This document shows positions 13,225 to 26,164 of a stretch of DNA of 64,000 nt, piece by piece. How positions within the stretch are numbered: the stretch's first letter is position 1; each line of letters opens with the position of its first letter. Under the pieces are notes generated by a model. That model saw only the letters and a list, made by a program, of their open reading frames with translations, was not told where the DNA came from and did not search any database. Origin of the DNA: Nitrosopumilaceae archaeon (GTDB lineage Archaea > Thermoproteota > Nitrososphaeria > Nitrososphaerales > Nitrosopumilaceae); contig CBDBMG010000001.1 of NCBI GenBank assembly GCA_965207375.1, positions 368,773-432,772 on the forward strand. Reading direction: 5' to 3'. Made by a program: the position numbers and the translations under genes.

Positions 13225-15155
13225 TTCGACTCATTATTATACTCTTGGCCTATAAGTCCATTCCACGGTCCACCCCTTTCATCATTCGCCTACAGAGCAT
13301 CACCTTAAGCGAGCGCTCATAATCTCCGATCATGCTCCGATCGATAAGGCGATTTTTGAATTTGGGCTCGGATGTAACGGAACTCCGCATACGTCTCCGT
13401 ATACTACAAAGAATTATTCGGGCGCCAGCGCTACTTCTAGCAAGCACTTTAGGCGGTCGCGGGAAATTTAAGATGAAGCAACTGAGCATCGGAAAAAGAC
13501 TGCTGCTGTAAAAGTAGCAGGATCTTGCAGAGCAGTATATTATACTGATTGTTTATGCCCTCCTCCTATAATTTTGGTACTCTACTACAAAATAAGATTC
13601 CAAGGCAATCAGTTAGTAAAGTAAGCTACAGTGGGCTTGCAAGGATTAATTACCACGTGACACATTTGACATGCAAATTTTGTTCTATGTATACATAGCA
13701 TTATATTGAGTGTTCTATTGGGGTATTTAACATGTGACTGTTATATTAGATAATCCCCTTATAGAATCTTACTGATGCTGACATAACATATTAGCTTATG
13801 TTTTATATAGATATTAAATATGGAAGGATGCAAAAAGATTTCATACTACAGCTGCGTATAAAACAATATATTATATATACATGTGCATGCATCTATTATG
13901 TGCTTTATAGTTTGTGTACAGAAAATAGAAAGATATTCATGCAGTGTTGCTTCTCTTGGATGGAAAAACTGGAACAGGCAAACTATTTATAAACATATGG
14001 CTATATATATATATGTATAATTTATGTACATGTACATATTTTTAATAGTATGTAATGTAAAGGAATGGATATCATACTTTTGAAGGAATGGATTATCATA
14101 CATACTTTTGCATGCTTTTAAAGTATGTAATACATACTGTAAAAGGAATAAATTACATACGTAGTTAGGCGTGCTAAGGAAGCTAGGAGACTGTACGTTA
14201 TTTTAGCTAGAGGACAGTCAAAGGTATAATGGAGATGAAATTTTATAATGACTTGAGAGAAGAGTCTTCAGAGGAAGAAGATATTATAGCCTTGATAATA
14301 GCAATAATGATGAGTGTGATGACAATTCTTCTCCTGTATCTTCTGAAAGTGCAGATATCACTGAGATTTCAGTCAATAACAGCTCAACCAGCACAATGAC
14401 GCTAACAAGTAAACATATACAGGATTAGAAACAAGGCCTATATGGCATAGTTGATGACATAATAGAAAGACTAGCAGATGGTGACCAAAACATGGTATCA
14501 GGAGTAACAAAACTGATTTATCAAGAGTTATGCATGTATGCAAAATTCAGGTATTGCACCATCATATATATACCATCTCCTATGCCCTTCACAAATTAGG
14601 AAGCCTATCTATTTTCATGTTATATTATATCTTAACTTAGGATATGTATAGTCAAACGTAAACTAGGGAGCCAGTATATACCAATTAAGGCAAACTATCC
14701 ACTAAAATTAAGCAATAGAATGTATTATTAGTTGCACATAGCTACATGCAGCTAGTAGCTAGCTATTTTACCTTATAAATTACTAGCTATCAATCTATAC
14801 ACACTTACACGTATGAAACTACAAAATACCACACTCTTAGAAGAATCCTGGCGGTGTCAGAGTTAGCGCGGGGTAAAATAATTCTTTATAGTATACGGAG
14901 ACATATACGGATTCCGTTACATCCGAGCCCAAATTCAAAAATCGCATCGATAAGCGCGCTGCCATTTAATTTGATCTAAGAGGTTCGATTGTGGTTTATA
15001 ATTTTAATCGTCATGGTGATGCCCTGGTGTCTCGCGATGTGATCCCATAAGCTACTTTAAGCAAGGAAAGATTGATTGGCGATCGAAAGGTGATGTAGAA
15101 GAGGGTGGAGTGGACTTCTGGATGACAAGTACAACGATGGGTTTCTAGAGTCGAT
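13225..15155. mobile_element. Long-TIR (foldback-like) non-autonomous element
   Basis: CGATTTTTGAATTTGGGCTCGGATGTAACGGAA..CCGTATACTACAAAGAATTATT (13350-13418) is inverted at 14878-14944. Weaker inverted similarity extends outward (AAGTCCA.TCCAC..CATCACCTT). Confidence 0.65.
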
Positions 15156-17170
15156 GTTAGTCTCGCGTGGCTGTTAAACCTGCGATCCGCAGGTTATACT
15201 ATCTATGATGTTAATAATCAAGAACCCATAGACTGGCATGCTGGCATGGAGTGTGATGTATGTACAAGTAGATTGTTAGATTCGTATTTCACCTGCATAG
15301 ATTATCCAAAGTGCCAAAAAATTTAAAGTACCAGAAAATTTCATTATTGCTTGTTTGGTTTGGGCTTTCCCACAACGTTTTCAGGTATAATAAATGATGA
15401 ACAATAACTGCCCACCTGCATCATTTTTAAAAATGTTTGAAGCAGGAAATTAACTTTGATTGGTCTTATTTTAATGTCAAATGTCTACAGACCTATATAT
15501 AGCATATACGGTTAACATTTAATCTGTTGTATTGTACAGCTGTATTGTACTGCTTATGCTATGGATGGTGGAAGAGAGTTCCAGTCATTTGGCAAAGCTG
15601 TGTAATCTGATGTTGGTATTAACTCTTAACTTTACTGCATTAGATCGAGGTTAAAATTAAAGAGCTGTTCATGTGGAATCTAAGCCAGTCCATGAATAAT
15701 TTTGTGCGTAATTATCATGATAAACAAAAACACCTGGGTGTACTTAAGGTTAATCAGAAGCAACATTGCAAATATGCATGATCGGTAGCATCATCATCCT
15801 TGTCACTTGGTGACTGGGACGATGATGTCATTGTTGTTGTTTTAGTAAACTGTGTAGCTATATGTATTTTGCTTCATCTCAGCTTGCACAAGGGAATTAT
15901 TAATAAACACTGGTTGATGTGCAGCCCCATTGGAATACAACCAAGATCAAAACTTTATTAATGGCAGTGATTTATGGCTATTTTTGCTCTCAAATGCATG
16001 TACATATAGAGTTTTAGGTGGACAAAGTTTTTTTGGTACATGGGGCTGCACCATAAACATTAGATTATTAATGTAGTGGTGTGATCACAGGAGTGTACAG
16101 ATTTTTAATTTTTACAAATTTGCGACCTGGAATACATGAGCAGAATTAAAGCAGCATACAGTTTTAGATCCATATGTCTTCCATGTATTTTGAACACTCA
16201 AAAATTGCAAATATTTCTACTGAGCAAAATCATCTAATTTGCAAAAATTTCTTCTTACTAAATTCCCACTGCAGTATGCACTAATATTTGTATATATATG
16301 TGTGTGTGCGTGTGTGTACATATGTATGTCTGGCATTACCCATTGTAGTGGTGAACTGGTATATTTACTGTGTATCTATCCAGGATTGTGCAAAAGAGAG
16401 AGGGATTTGTGCACGGTGACGTACCGTATTTACTTGGTTAAATTTCGCACCTCAAATAGTCACCACACTTGATCAGTACCACAATCAATTTTGAAATTAT
16501 AAATTAGTTATTACATTTGTAGTAAATTGGTCACTTGGTAATCCCCATCAAAAATGTGGTAACCAGAGTGTACTTTATTATTCCATAAGTGCATGAGAGA
16601 TAAGTGTAGCAGTGACTGATTGATTACCGTTGTATGGCTACTGGCTACATATATATACTAGTCACTATATGCCTGTATCACGTGATTATCAATTATAGTT
16701 ACCGTATTTACTTGGTCAAACGCTGTAGTGTTTATTACATTCAAAAAATCTATGCGATGACTATACATTTAAAGCCGACTATGTATATATTTCTCTGTAA
16801 ATATATTGTGCTATACAGACCCTTTATTTTTAGTACGTAGGTACATAATTTGTTCAAGCTATGCACATGGATGTGTGTGCGTGTGTTCACGCACACACAT
16901 GCTATACATACAGAGCTCTGGTATAAGGTTACAGATCACTAGATTAACCAATATCAATAATTTAGTTTATGAACCTGCATTGCTTTGCTCTTGAAATTAT
17001 TGGGTGTTTTTGAAAATAAGTTTTCAAAAATGGTGCCTTCAAAGTATTAATAGGAGTTGATCCTTCAGTATCTTTTTAAGGGTTAATTCTTCAAAAGGTT
17101 TGTCTAAACAGTTGGCCGTGCAGTGTTTGTTTCATAGATTTTAATTACTGTATAGCAAGCATAAATTTTT

Positions 17171-17380
17171 GTATTTTGACCAGGTAGCTAATTAAATTTA
17201 ATAATACAGCAGTACATGATATTTTTGCAACTTATAGAGCACAGGTATGCATTTCAGGACTCACCATGGCGATGCTGTTGGGTTGATAGCTGTATATCTG
17301 TTGTCATGTTTATCATGATATGAAGTAAGGATCACATGTAATTTGTTGAATTTATATTGGAATGGAGAAGACAAAGCTAT
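17171..17380. repeat. Direct-orientation copy of 5261-5490, abutting the inverted arm
   Basis: GTATTTTGACCAGGTAGCT..TCACCATGG..CATGATATGAAGTAAGGATCACATGTAATTT..TATTGGAATGG is shared in the same orientation. Confidence 0.85.
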
Positions 17381-18636
17381 ACTTGCTCATGAAAAGGAAG
17401 TTACTAAGGTATGTAAACATTACTGTTGGGAGGAAGTATGTGCGTAACTACGTATGTTATTTCTTGTAAAGAGACTTGCAGAGTCAACTCCATAGCGAGG
17501 GCTTTAGTATCCATAAGCATCTTGACACACATGGATATGTTGGAAATCGTAAGTTCCACAGAAACATGTGTTCTCAATAACATATTGCATTATTATAGGC
17601 ATGTGATTCCCATTGTCATGGATACCTTGTCACTAAGGTAAAGTAATATCTAGTTGTTATGATAATGTGATTGTCGGCAAAAACCAGCCTAGTTCACACG
17701 AAAATTTAAATTTATATTTTGTGGCCCAGCTTGTAGCTATACTCAATGGCTATCCACGTACCATGATGTCTCCTGTGGTCAGATACAAGTGAGGTAGTTT
17801 TCTGGGGGTGAATTTTCAACCTTGTAAAACCATAACTAACATGTTGGCATCTGTGGAGTGCAACAATTGGATGTCCAATTCTACCCTTGACCTCCCTTTG
17901 GCCTAGTTGCATGGTTAGGACCATCTGTGGGCAACTCAGCACCTCGTGTCTTCACCTGGGGGTTTTCCTCCTCCCTCCCCACCCTCCGCTCTACCCTCCT
18001 CACACCTGCCCACCCCCTTGTAACGCTGGGCTAAAATTGATCTACACCTTCAATTTGAAAGGCCTGAATTCAAGGAAAGAACAACTTCAAAGTTTTACTC
18101 AATGGATTACTAAGTCCAATTCCGCTAAACAAAAGCGCCCTGGCATGAGCAAAAGCTATATGTAATTTCAATAAAAAGGTTTTTGAACATTTGTTGTTGG
18201 CCGGTTTTTGCAAAGACGGTCACATATATGTGTTCATGACTGCACATATGCACCTACATCACCATGATGATACTGTACTAGCTCCTCTTTGGATTGTCAG
18301 TTTGGCTGTAGATCCCTGAAACATGATTGGTTATTTTTCAGAAAATAGCCAATCGCATTGCAGGGATCCATCACAGAATGCATAACCATGGCAACATGTA
18401 AACGCATGAATCATCATGATGTCACAATGTATGCCGAAAATAGCATGGACAACACAAGTATGTACAAATCTACAAAAATGAATCCAGTGCAACCATTAAA
18501 TACTTTGTTGCATAGCAACAAGGATACATATGTGCAAAATGTACATGCATGCATACACTTGTATATGTATGCACATTCAAAGTCATTTGGTATGTACCTA
18601 CACTGTACATACTTTGTGACCACCGTGGTCATGTAG

Positions 18637-18904
18637 GTTATTTTGTCACAGGAACATGAGTGCAAAAGTGGACAGGATATGTGCATCACAGGAGATAGTA
18701 GCAGTAAGAATGGAATTATTATCACTGTGTATCGTCATTATATTTTTACCATATCCGTTTATGTTAGGGTACCGTCCATTGAAGGATTACTTACCATACG
18801 CAGATACGAGTGATCAGATAAGAACACCAGTAACGGTATGTAACATATCTCACTGCATGTTGGGTAATAAACTTTATTTACCACAGGAAGATTTCAAGTG
18901 TTGA
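18637..18904 (+). CDS. Putative last three micro-exons of an unidentified spliced gene (18637-18703, 18768-18835, 18887-18904)
   Basis: Canonical AG/GT sites and introns of 64 and 51 nt. Phases join into VILSQEHECKSGQDMCITGDSSRYRPLKDYLPYADTSDQIRTPVTEDFKC*. The splice sites are conserved in the inverted copy (~3030-3235). Confidence 0.4.
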
Positions 18905-19819
18905 ACAGACGCTATACTTTCAATATAATTTGTTGATTTTTCACAGTATTTCCATAATACTATTGTACTGTTTACATATTATGTATGTATGTACGTATAT
19001 ATATAGTAAGCATTTAACTACTGTGATGATCATGCACATGATTAATGTTGTCACTATCACAATCAAGATCATCACTGTCATGGATGGTTAATCATGATCA
19101 GTCACATACATGTGATTAACGTGACTGTCATTGTCATGATCATCACTAGTACTGTACATGTTACAATCAGTCACTGCATGGTGATACTGTTACTGTAAGG
19201 ATGCATATGCATGTACAGGCATGGGGATGACCGATTGTATGCATTTCACATGAGGGTATACGTAACTACAAAGATTAATATTATAGGCCGGGATGAGCAC
19301 ATCATGGTTTTAAAAATTCCAATTATTCTTTTTTCTCCGAATTCACAAGTGAAGCCATTTATAAGGTATTTCTGCTCCATATTAACAAGTACATACAATA
19401 TGTATGTAAAATACCAAAATACTCCAATAGAGCATTCACATTAAGCTCATGATGTTCACTAGCATCCAACACCCCTACCTTTATTTCCAGATGATTATAC
19501 TCCTTTGAGGTTCGATTCCTAGAAATTATTATTATATTCCAACATATAAGAATGTGCTCATACCGATATATAGTAACATAGCACTCACGAACACGTGCCC
19601 CTAATGATGATGGTGTACCGATTTTAAAGTCATGATCATGTTGAATCATTTTGTAATAGGTTTTATTTTAGCATAGTAACATCCATAATGGATGGCTTAT
19701 GTAGAATAAATTTTCCACCTGATGATCGGCTGCACCTTAAAATGATAGGGTGTAGTGACCAACCGTTACTATGGTGATTGATGTCAAATAATTGTTATTT
19801 GTCTTTGATTAGGAAGTTA

Positions 19820-20025
19820 CCGTAACTGCTCTAATTTTCGCGGTACTAATATTTCACGAATCCACAATTTTGAAAGTATTCACAATTTTATTTTCACGAA
19901 TCCAAATGGAGGAAAGGTAGGAAATAGCTACTATTTAGAATATTCACGATTATATTTTCACAAACTGCTAACTTTTTCGTGAAATTCGTAAAAATATCGT
20001 CCTGTGAAAATTAGAGTGGTTACGG
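19820..20025. mobile_element. pogo/Tc1-type MITE, TA target duplication
   Basis: TA|CCGTAACTGCTCTAATTTTC ... GAAAATTAGAGTGGTTACGG|TA. It is absent from the left arm at ~150-160. Confidence 0.85.
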
Positions 20026-21082
20026 TATGAGATCAGTGAGTTAGATATAATAGTACATATGTACTGCAGACCATAACGTATTTATGTACGTGGAGACTAA
20101 TGCGCTACTATCAAGTGCATGTGTATAATAATACTGATTTGGTCCCTATTGACTCTACTTCCAGATAGCTCCAAATTTCCATCGTCAAATTTATTTTGTG
20201 AATTTCACAATGATCACAAAAATTTTTGTCACAAAATTTTCTTGACAGTAGTACAGGACTTGACACTTCAAAACCAGCAAATCACAAACTCAGGCCAAAG
20301 CCCAACTAAGAATTGGAGCCACATGGTACATTTAAAATTTTGAGAGTCTGCAAGCTAACCTGCAAATTATACCTAGGTACCAATATACCATTGCTACACT
20401 GTCACCATAACGCATGTGCATGGTTACATGGTCATAATGCTATCATCTTTAATATCACACGGATCTGAGGTGAATGATCAAGTAGCTTCAGTAACAGGGT
20501 GACAGTAAAGTAACATCTATAAGGTTACAATGCTGTTTAGCATGTCCAACATGACCACCCTTTCCACCAAATACCAATCAATAAACTATGGTAATGAATT
20601 GTAAATTTGATAAAAGTCAAATATTTCAGTAAAACAAATTGACACTATGGTTGTTGCCGTCTTCAGCTGGTCACTGCACTTGAGGTAGTTCACAATTTCA
20701 CATCCTGTAAGGCAAAAAGGTGACATTTCATTAGTCTTGTGCAGCACACATTACATAAACGGAATGCGCTTTAATTAGAGTAAATACAAAATATCTACTC
20801 AACAAACCTTAAGAACTTCTCCCCTTATTCAAGAGCTGCTACCCATTAGTGATTCCATATAGAAACAGGTAAATTCAAGAAGACACACGTGCCTTGATAT
20901 CGATATCGTGCGTTATATAGAATTACGCGAAAATATTTCTCTATTAAGACTAAAAGTTCCCTTACCTGATGTGGGAAATTAGCACAGGCAACCGCATCCC
21001 CGGGAGGCAGTAAGTCAGAAGTTTATATATTTATAAAATAATTAGGTATTTGGAATTCACGAATTCCAAATGCTCAATGTCC

Positions 21083-21163
21083 TAATAAACAAAAAGTAAA
21101 GTAAATGGGCGCTTCGCGCGCGCAGCGCGCGAAGCACCCATTTACTTTACTTTTTGTTTATTA
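21083..21163. repeat. 81-bp near-perfect palindrome (39-bp stem, GCA loop)
   Basis: TAATAAACAAAAAGTAAAGTAAATGGGCGCTTCGCGCGC-GCA-GCGCGCGAAGCACCCATTTACTTTACTTTTTGTTTATTA, with one mismatch. Confidence 0.92.
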
Positions 21164-21514
21164 CCTTTTTGGATGGCGGGAAAATACACGCACCTAGGTA
21201 TGACTACCATGTATCAAAAACTCAAATTATACGTATATAGCTAGATATTACTATATACATACATAGCTAGACATATAGATCAACAGTAGGCCATTATTAC
21301 ATTATGCTGGAAGTAAATATATTTACTACATGAAAATTTGGCCTTTGTTCATGACACAGAAGATTAATATACTCTAATAGAACAGTCAAGCAATCATTAG
21401 ATTGCTGTGTGCTGATATTGGAGTAAACAAAAAATTAAAGTGATGGGTTTATGACAGTGTTTATTTACATACATACATACATATGTACAATACATACATA
21501 CCGTATGCATATGC

Positions 21515-21795
<281 letters not shown>

Positions 21796-22594
21796 CATAT
21801 CTATAGCCATATATTAGCCACTGATCAGTGATGATTAACTATAATAATTAGCTAATAGAGGCTGGCCAGCTATAGTTTTTCAAACTGGTGATGGCCTCTA
21901 ATATAGTATAATATAAGTACCGAGCTGTTGTGCCTTGTAAAACTGCAACTAAAGAATTAGAACTACATGCCAGCCAGCTTATTAAAAGAGCTACTAACCA
22001 AACATGATATATAATTTATACTGACCAAGCTAATTGAATTATTGACCAATTTATTGGCTAATTTATTGTTAGAAACCACATAAAATCTGATTGGCTAAAA
22101 ATGTCAGGTCATGCAACTACACATATAACATTAAATTCGGACCACAAGCAGGCTGATTGGCTATATGTAGGCTACATAGGAAGTTCAAATGAATAAAATA
22201 TCGTTAATTGTGTGGCCGGAACAAGAAGTGCAGATTTTTTCAGTTGCAAGTTATTTATGTCCCTAAGTGATAATACATTGGTAGAGCTCAGGCTTAGCTG
22301 TTGAAAGCTACGTATCAAATAACTTTTCGTACAAACTTTCAACTGAAATGATCATGTCTCGGATCATGTACCATTTTGATACGTAAAATTCCGTATTCCA
22401 TAGTGCATCTGATAGGTTTCACCTTGTAACTATCGAATTGATTGCCAAAATTGTGGAGTTGGATCAAGATGGCTCATCTAGCTATATACTTGTTAACAGC
22501 ATTGGATTTAGTAAGTTTTTGGTTATATCTAGCGTGATTTTTGTAGTACACTAAGTAGCCTGAGGGATATTGCGAGGTAGTTTATTGTGGCAGC

Positions 22595-23835
22595 CGGGGG
22601 GTCAGTAACGAGACAAAATCGATTTGAAAGTTGGGTTAAATTTCTTCAAATTTCACATGAACTTAAATTATTCTATTATAAGCGCACCTTTGTAATTAAC
22701 GCCATAACGAAATTTAAATCCTGCCCCGGCTGCAAAAGCCAAGCAGTTTTCCGCATGCCGAATAATTGTGTTTGTGCATTAATACCCTTTGCGTAGTTCT
22801 ACTGCTGAGAGTGAGGCCGGGAGTTTACTGTTCAGAGCTCGGTTCAGAGACTCAGATTTCCGAACGGTTATCCCCTCAAGTTACTTGGTTTTTGTAGAGC
22901 TAACTAGCCAGCCATTGCACTATACCTAGCAATGTGGAACACACAGAGACACTGACACACACACGCAGTTCAAACAGCCGGACTCTTCCTGTGAAAGCCG
23001 TAGTTATGGCCATAGCTACGCACGTGTAGTGCATGATGGCCAATCAATAATAGCTATAGGTACAGTAAAGTATCTGTTTGACTCATATCATCTAGGCTAC
23101 AAAGCCTCACACCTCACCTTGCACAAAACCTTCATCTACTTTCATGATTCCGTGCATAATGTAAGTGAAAGTCCCCCATGCACTCACTCTTGCAAGTCTG
23201 ACAATCAGCAGCCATCTTGGTGGTAACTAGCTAGCTATATCCTAGTTCACGTGATCGAGCTGATATATTGCTAACTATGCTTTAGCTAGTAAGTATCTAT
23301 GGCCTATGGTTATATAGGTATATGTATATAGCTAGCATTATAACATAGCTATATAGCTATGTAAAAGATTCATACATGATAAGTAACATATCACTGAATA
23401 TAGGTATAGCCTCTGTATAACGGCATCTGAACTGATATCAACCAGCTAGCTGTAGCTATACACCTGCTACAGAGCTAGACATAGCCGGCATTTCAGCCTC
23501 CTATTAGTCTGCTTTAATTGCTGAAATTTTATAGCTTTGGTACTGAGGACCTGAAAATATCTTGTAAGTCTGGCCTGTCCAGCAGTGCTGATTCTGCATG
23601 TGGAGAAAAACAAAAGAAAACCATTCAAATATACGCAGCTATTTAGCTAATTTAGCTGATGATGGTAACCATATTTGTTAAAGTCTATTACTGGCCTTGA
23701 TTCATAGACCTTTATTATAATTGAGATGCATATTTGAAGTCAGATTTCAAATTTCTAATTTCAAGCCAAATTTCAAATTTCAGAAATAAATTTCACAAGG
23801 CATTGACAAAATTTCAGGTCGTTACTGACCCTTTG
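22595..23835. mobile_element. Non-autonomous DNA transposon (P- or hAT-like)
   Basis: 17-bp imperfect TIRs CGGGGGGTCAGTAACGA / TCGTTACTGACCCTTTG. Exact 8-bp TSD GTGGCAGC at 22587-22594 and 23836-23843. Confidence 0.8.
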
Positions 23836-24567
23836 GTGGCAGCTAGGCAGCCAGCTATGTAGAATCAAGGGGGCGGTAACACAATTAATTCTCTTTTACC
23901 ATAGGCGATTTTAAGGGGTCTGGGATATAGCCCCCCACCCCTACCCTGTTGAAAATAAGTTGTGAAAAATCTTACAGTATAGCTACAACACTGATGGTAA
24001 TTGATTAAACAGTGAGTTTATAGAGTCTAGCACATCCAAAGTTTCCTAGGACATATAGCTATACTTAATTAAGGAGCAAACTTCACAAAATTTATATTTC
24101 TGAGTGAAGTAGTATAACTTCCTTGGTCCCCTGACAAAAACCTAAGCCCCCTGTATCCTAGTTCTAGAATTATCACTGGTTTTTACACGTATAGCTACAC
24201 CTTAAAATGCTACTAGTTTGATTATACCATGTATAAGGGCTCTCTCTGCTTAAAGTGTGTGTCATGTTATACCATCTTGATAACACAGTGCATGGTTAGC
24301 CCCCTCACCTGCCACCTCAGTCAAAAATACAAAAGGATGGATATGTTGTTAGAACACTAATTCTTGTCCATTTAATTGCATAACAATTTATACTAAAGGG
24401 TAGCTATGCGTTGAATTAAATATACTCTAAATCTGGCATTTCTGTACTTTACAAAATAGAACATCCCATAGCTTCTGAGGGCTACACCCCATAGCCCCTG
24501 CTTTAGAGATCCACTGTACTAGCTGTGCTTAGCTCCCCTCTCTAGATCTGCCTATGGCTGAGTGGGA

Positions 24568-26164
24568 TCAAGACTCACGATAGTGAGTCGCGAGGCCAAG
24601 AAGAAGCAGGCCGTACGCAACAAACGAGTGAGTCATTTACATATAGCACCGCTCTGAAATTTGTAAACGCTCTAATTAAGCCACCATGGTAGCTATCGCT
24701 TAGTTATCAAGGACTCAGCATGTTCTAACTATATAGAATCAGTAAACCGACAATGGAGGAAATCGGCCTCACCGATCCTAAGTACCAGCCATTATGAGTT
24801 TTATGGCACCCATTTGTATGCCCACGCTCGAAAACCATCCCCTTGGCACCTATTCACTCATTTACTAAACAAATAGTACCTTCAATGTATGAAGAATTGT
24901 TGACCTGAAGTCGTTTGATATCCATGATACGAGTTTTCCGTACGCGCCTTATAAAGTCCTTCCTGTCATCAAAAATATTTTAGGCAACCGTCGTTTTTTT
25001 TCTTTCTTTCATTTTCATCGCACACTTTTTGTGGGCTTGCGTGACCACCGGAATTTATAATTGAAACACTCATTTAGTACATACACTTGTTTGTCTAATA
25101 ACTCACTCATTTCTGCATGGATTTCAACCAAATTTGTATCAACACTTCTCCTATGTATGCTCTACAAAACAAACAACTTTCAGCATAAAGCAACCACCTT
25201 AATATATTTGAGAGATACGTTTACATTGCATGCTGATAGTTTCCATAACTTGGACCCCCTTATAATGATTGGAATAAAATTTCAGATACACAAACAATAT
25301 TGATATATGAATCTTCAGGATAAGTTTAAAGAAATTATGACACTTCAGTTTGTCAAAATTAGCCTTTAATGATTATATTCATGCTTATGTGCCATGCAAG
25401 ATAATTATACCAAACAACAACAGGTGAACAGTGGCCACACATTATAAATAGGAGACCACTGTCCTGTTAGCATACACAAATTTTATTTATATTGTCTTCT
25501 CCTGTAGATCAACAGCACTAGTAGAGGATGGCAATGATGTAGCCTTCATTGAAGTTCTCAACTGTTCTCCACCTACATAGCTAACAATTATAGTAATAAC
25601 ACATACTTTATATGTTCATTAGCTACTTGGGGGAAATACAAGGGAAACACCTAAAGTATTACCTTGCTCCTCTCTCCTTTTAAAGTTTATTACTCTGCAT
25701 ACTTTATATAAGGTTTCTTGTCAGGACTAGTTTATAATTGTAATCTGTTTACAAAAAGCAGTGATATGCTAAACAAAAACAGCCTGGCTGTAAAAAAGTG
25801 CGAGGCCAATCAGAAGCCACAATGGTTATAAGTGACCAAAAACTCTGATATCAAGTAAGGCCAAGAAGTTGAACATTTTTTTATGAATCCTTTTACTTGA
25901 ATGACATACAATAGTGTACAGGGCATTTTCACAACTATGATTGGCTTTGTCACTTGGCCACCAAAAAAGTGGCCAAGTGACAAAGCCAATCATAGTTGTG
26001 AAAATGCCCTGTACACTATTGTATGTCATTCAAGTAAAAGGATTCATAATAAAATGTTCAACTTCTTGGCCTTACTTGATATCAGAGTTTTTGGTCACTT
26101 ATAACCATTGTGGCTTCTGATTGGCCTCACACTTTTTACAGCTAGGCTGTTTTTGTTTAGCATA
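24568..26164 (-). mobile_element. Putative non-autonomous Helentron (HINE/DINE-1-like) element with a giant terminal hairpin
   Basis: One end has the short hairpin GACTCAC-gata-GTGAGTC (24572-24589) next to AGGCCAAGAAG, a motif also found in the long palindrome arms. It has an internal short (CAA)n tract. Modules recur at 44.5-45.2 kb and 51.9-58.3 kb. Confidence 0.5.
25765..26164. repeat. 400-bp near-perfect palindrome (~197-bp arms, 7-nt spacer)
   Basis: Arms are 25765-25961 and 25969-26164 with about 4 differences by eye. Mirror ORFs 25826-26029(-) and 25901-26104(+) give nearly identical peptides. Confidence 0.97.

Larger units (their letters stand above)
17390..20255. repeat. Right arm of large inverted duplication
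   Basis: Reverse complement of 1-4645 with large indels (see left arm). Confidence 0.9.

Noticed and set aside
25826-26104. Pair of near-identical 67-aa ORFs on opposite strands
   Set aside because: A by-product of the palindrome with no coding signature. The related ORF at 57981-58190 arises the same way.
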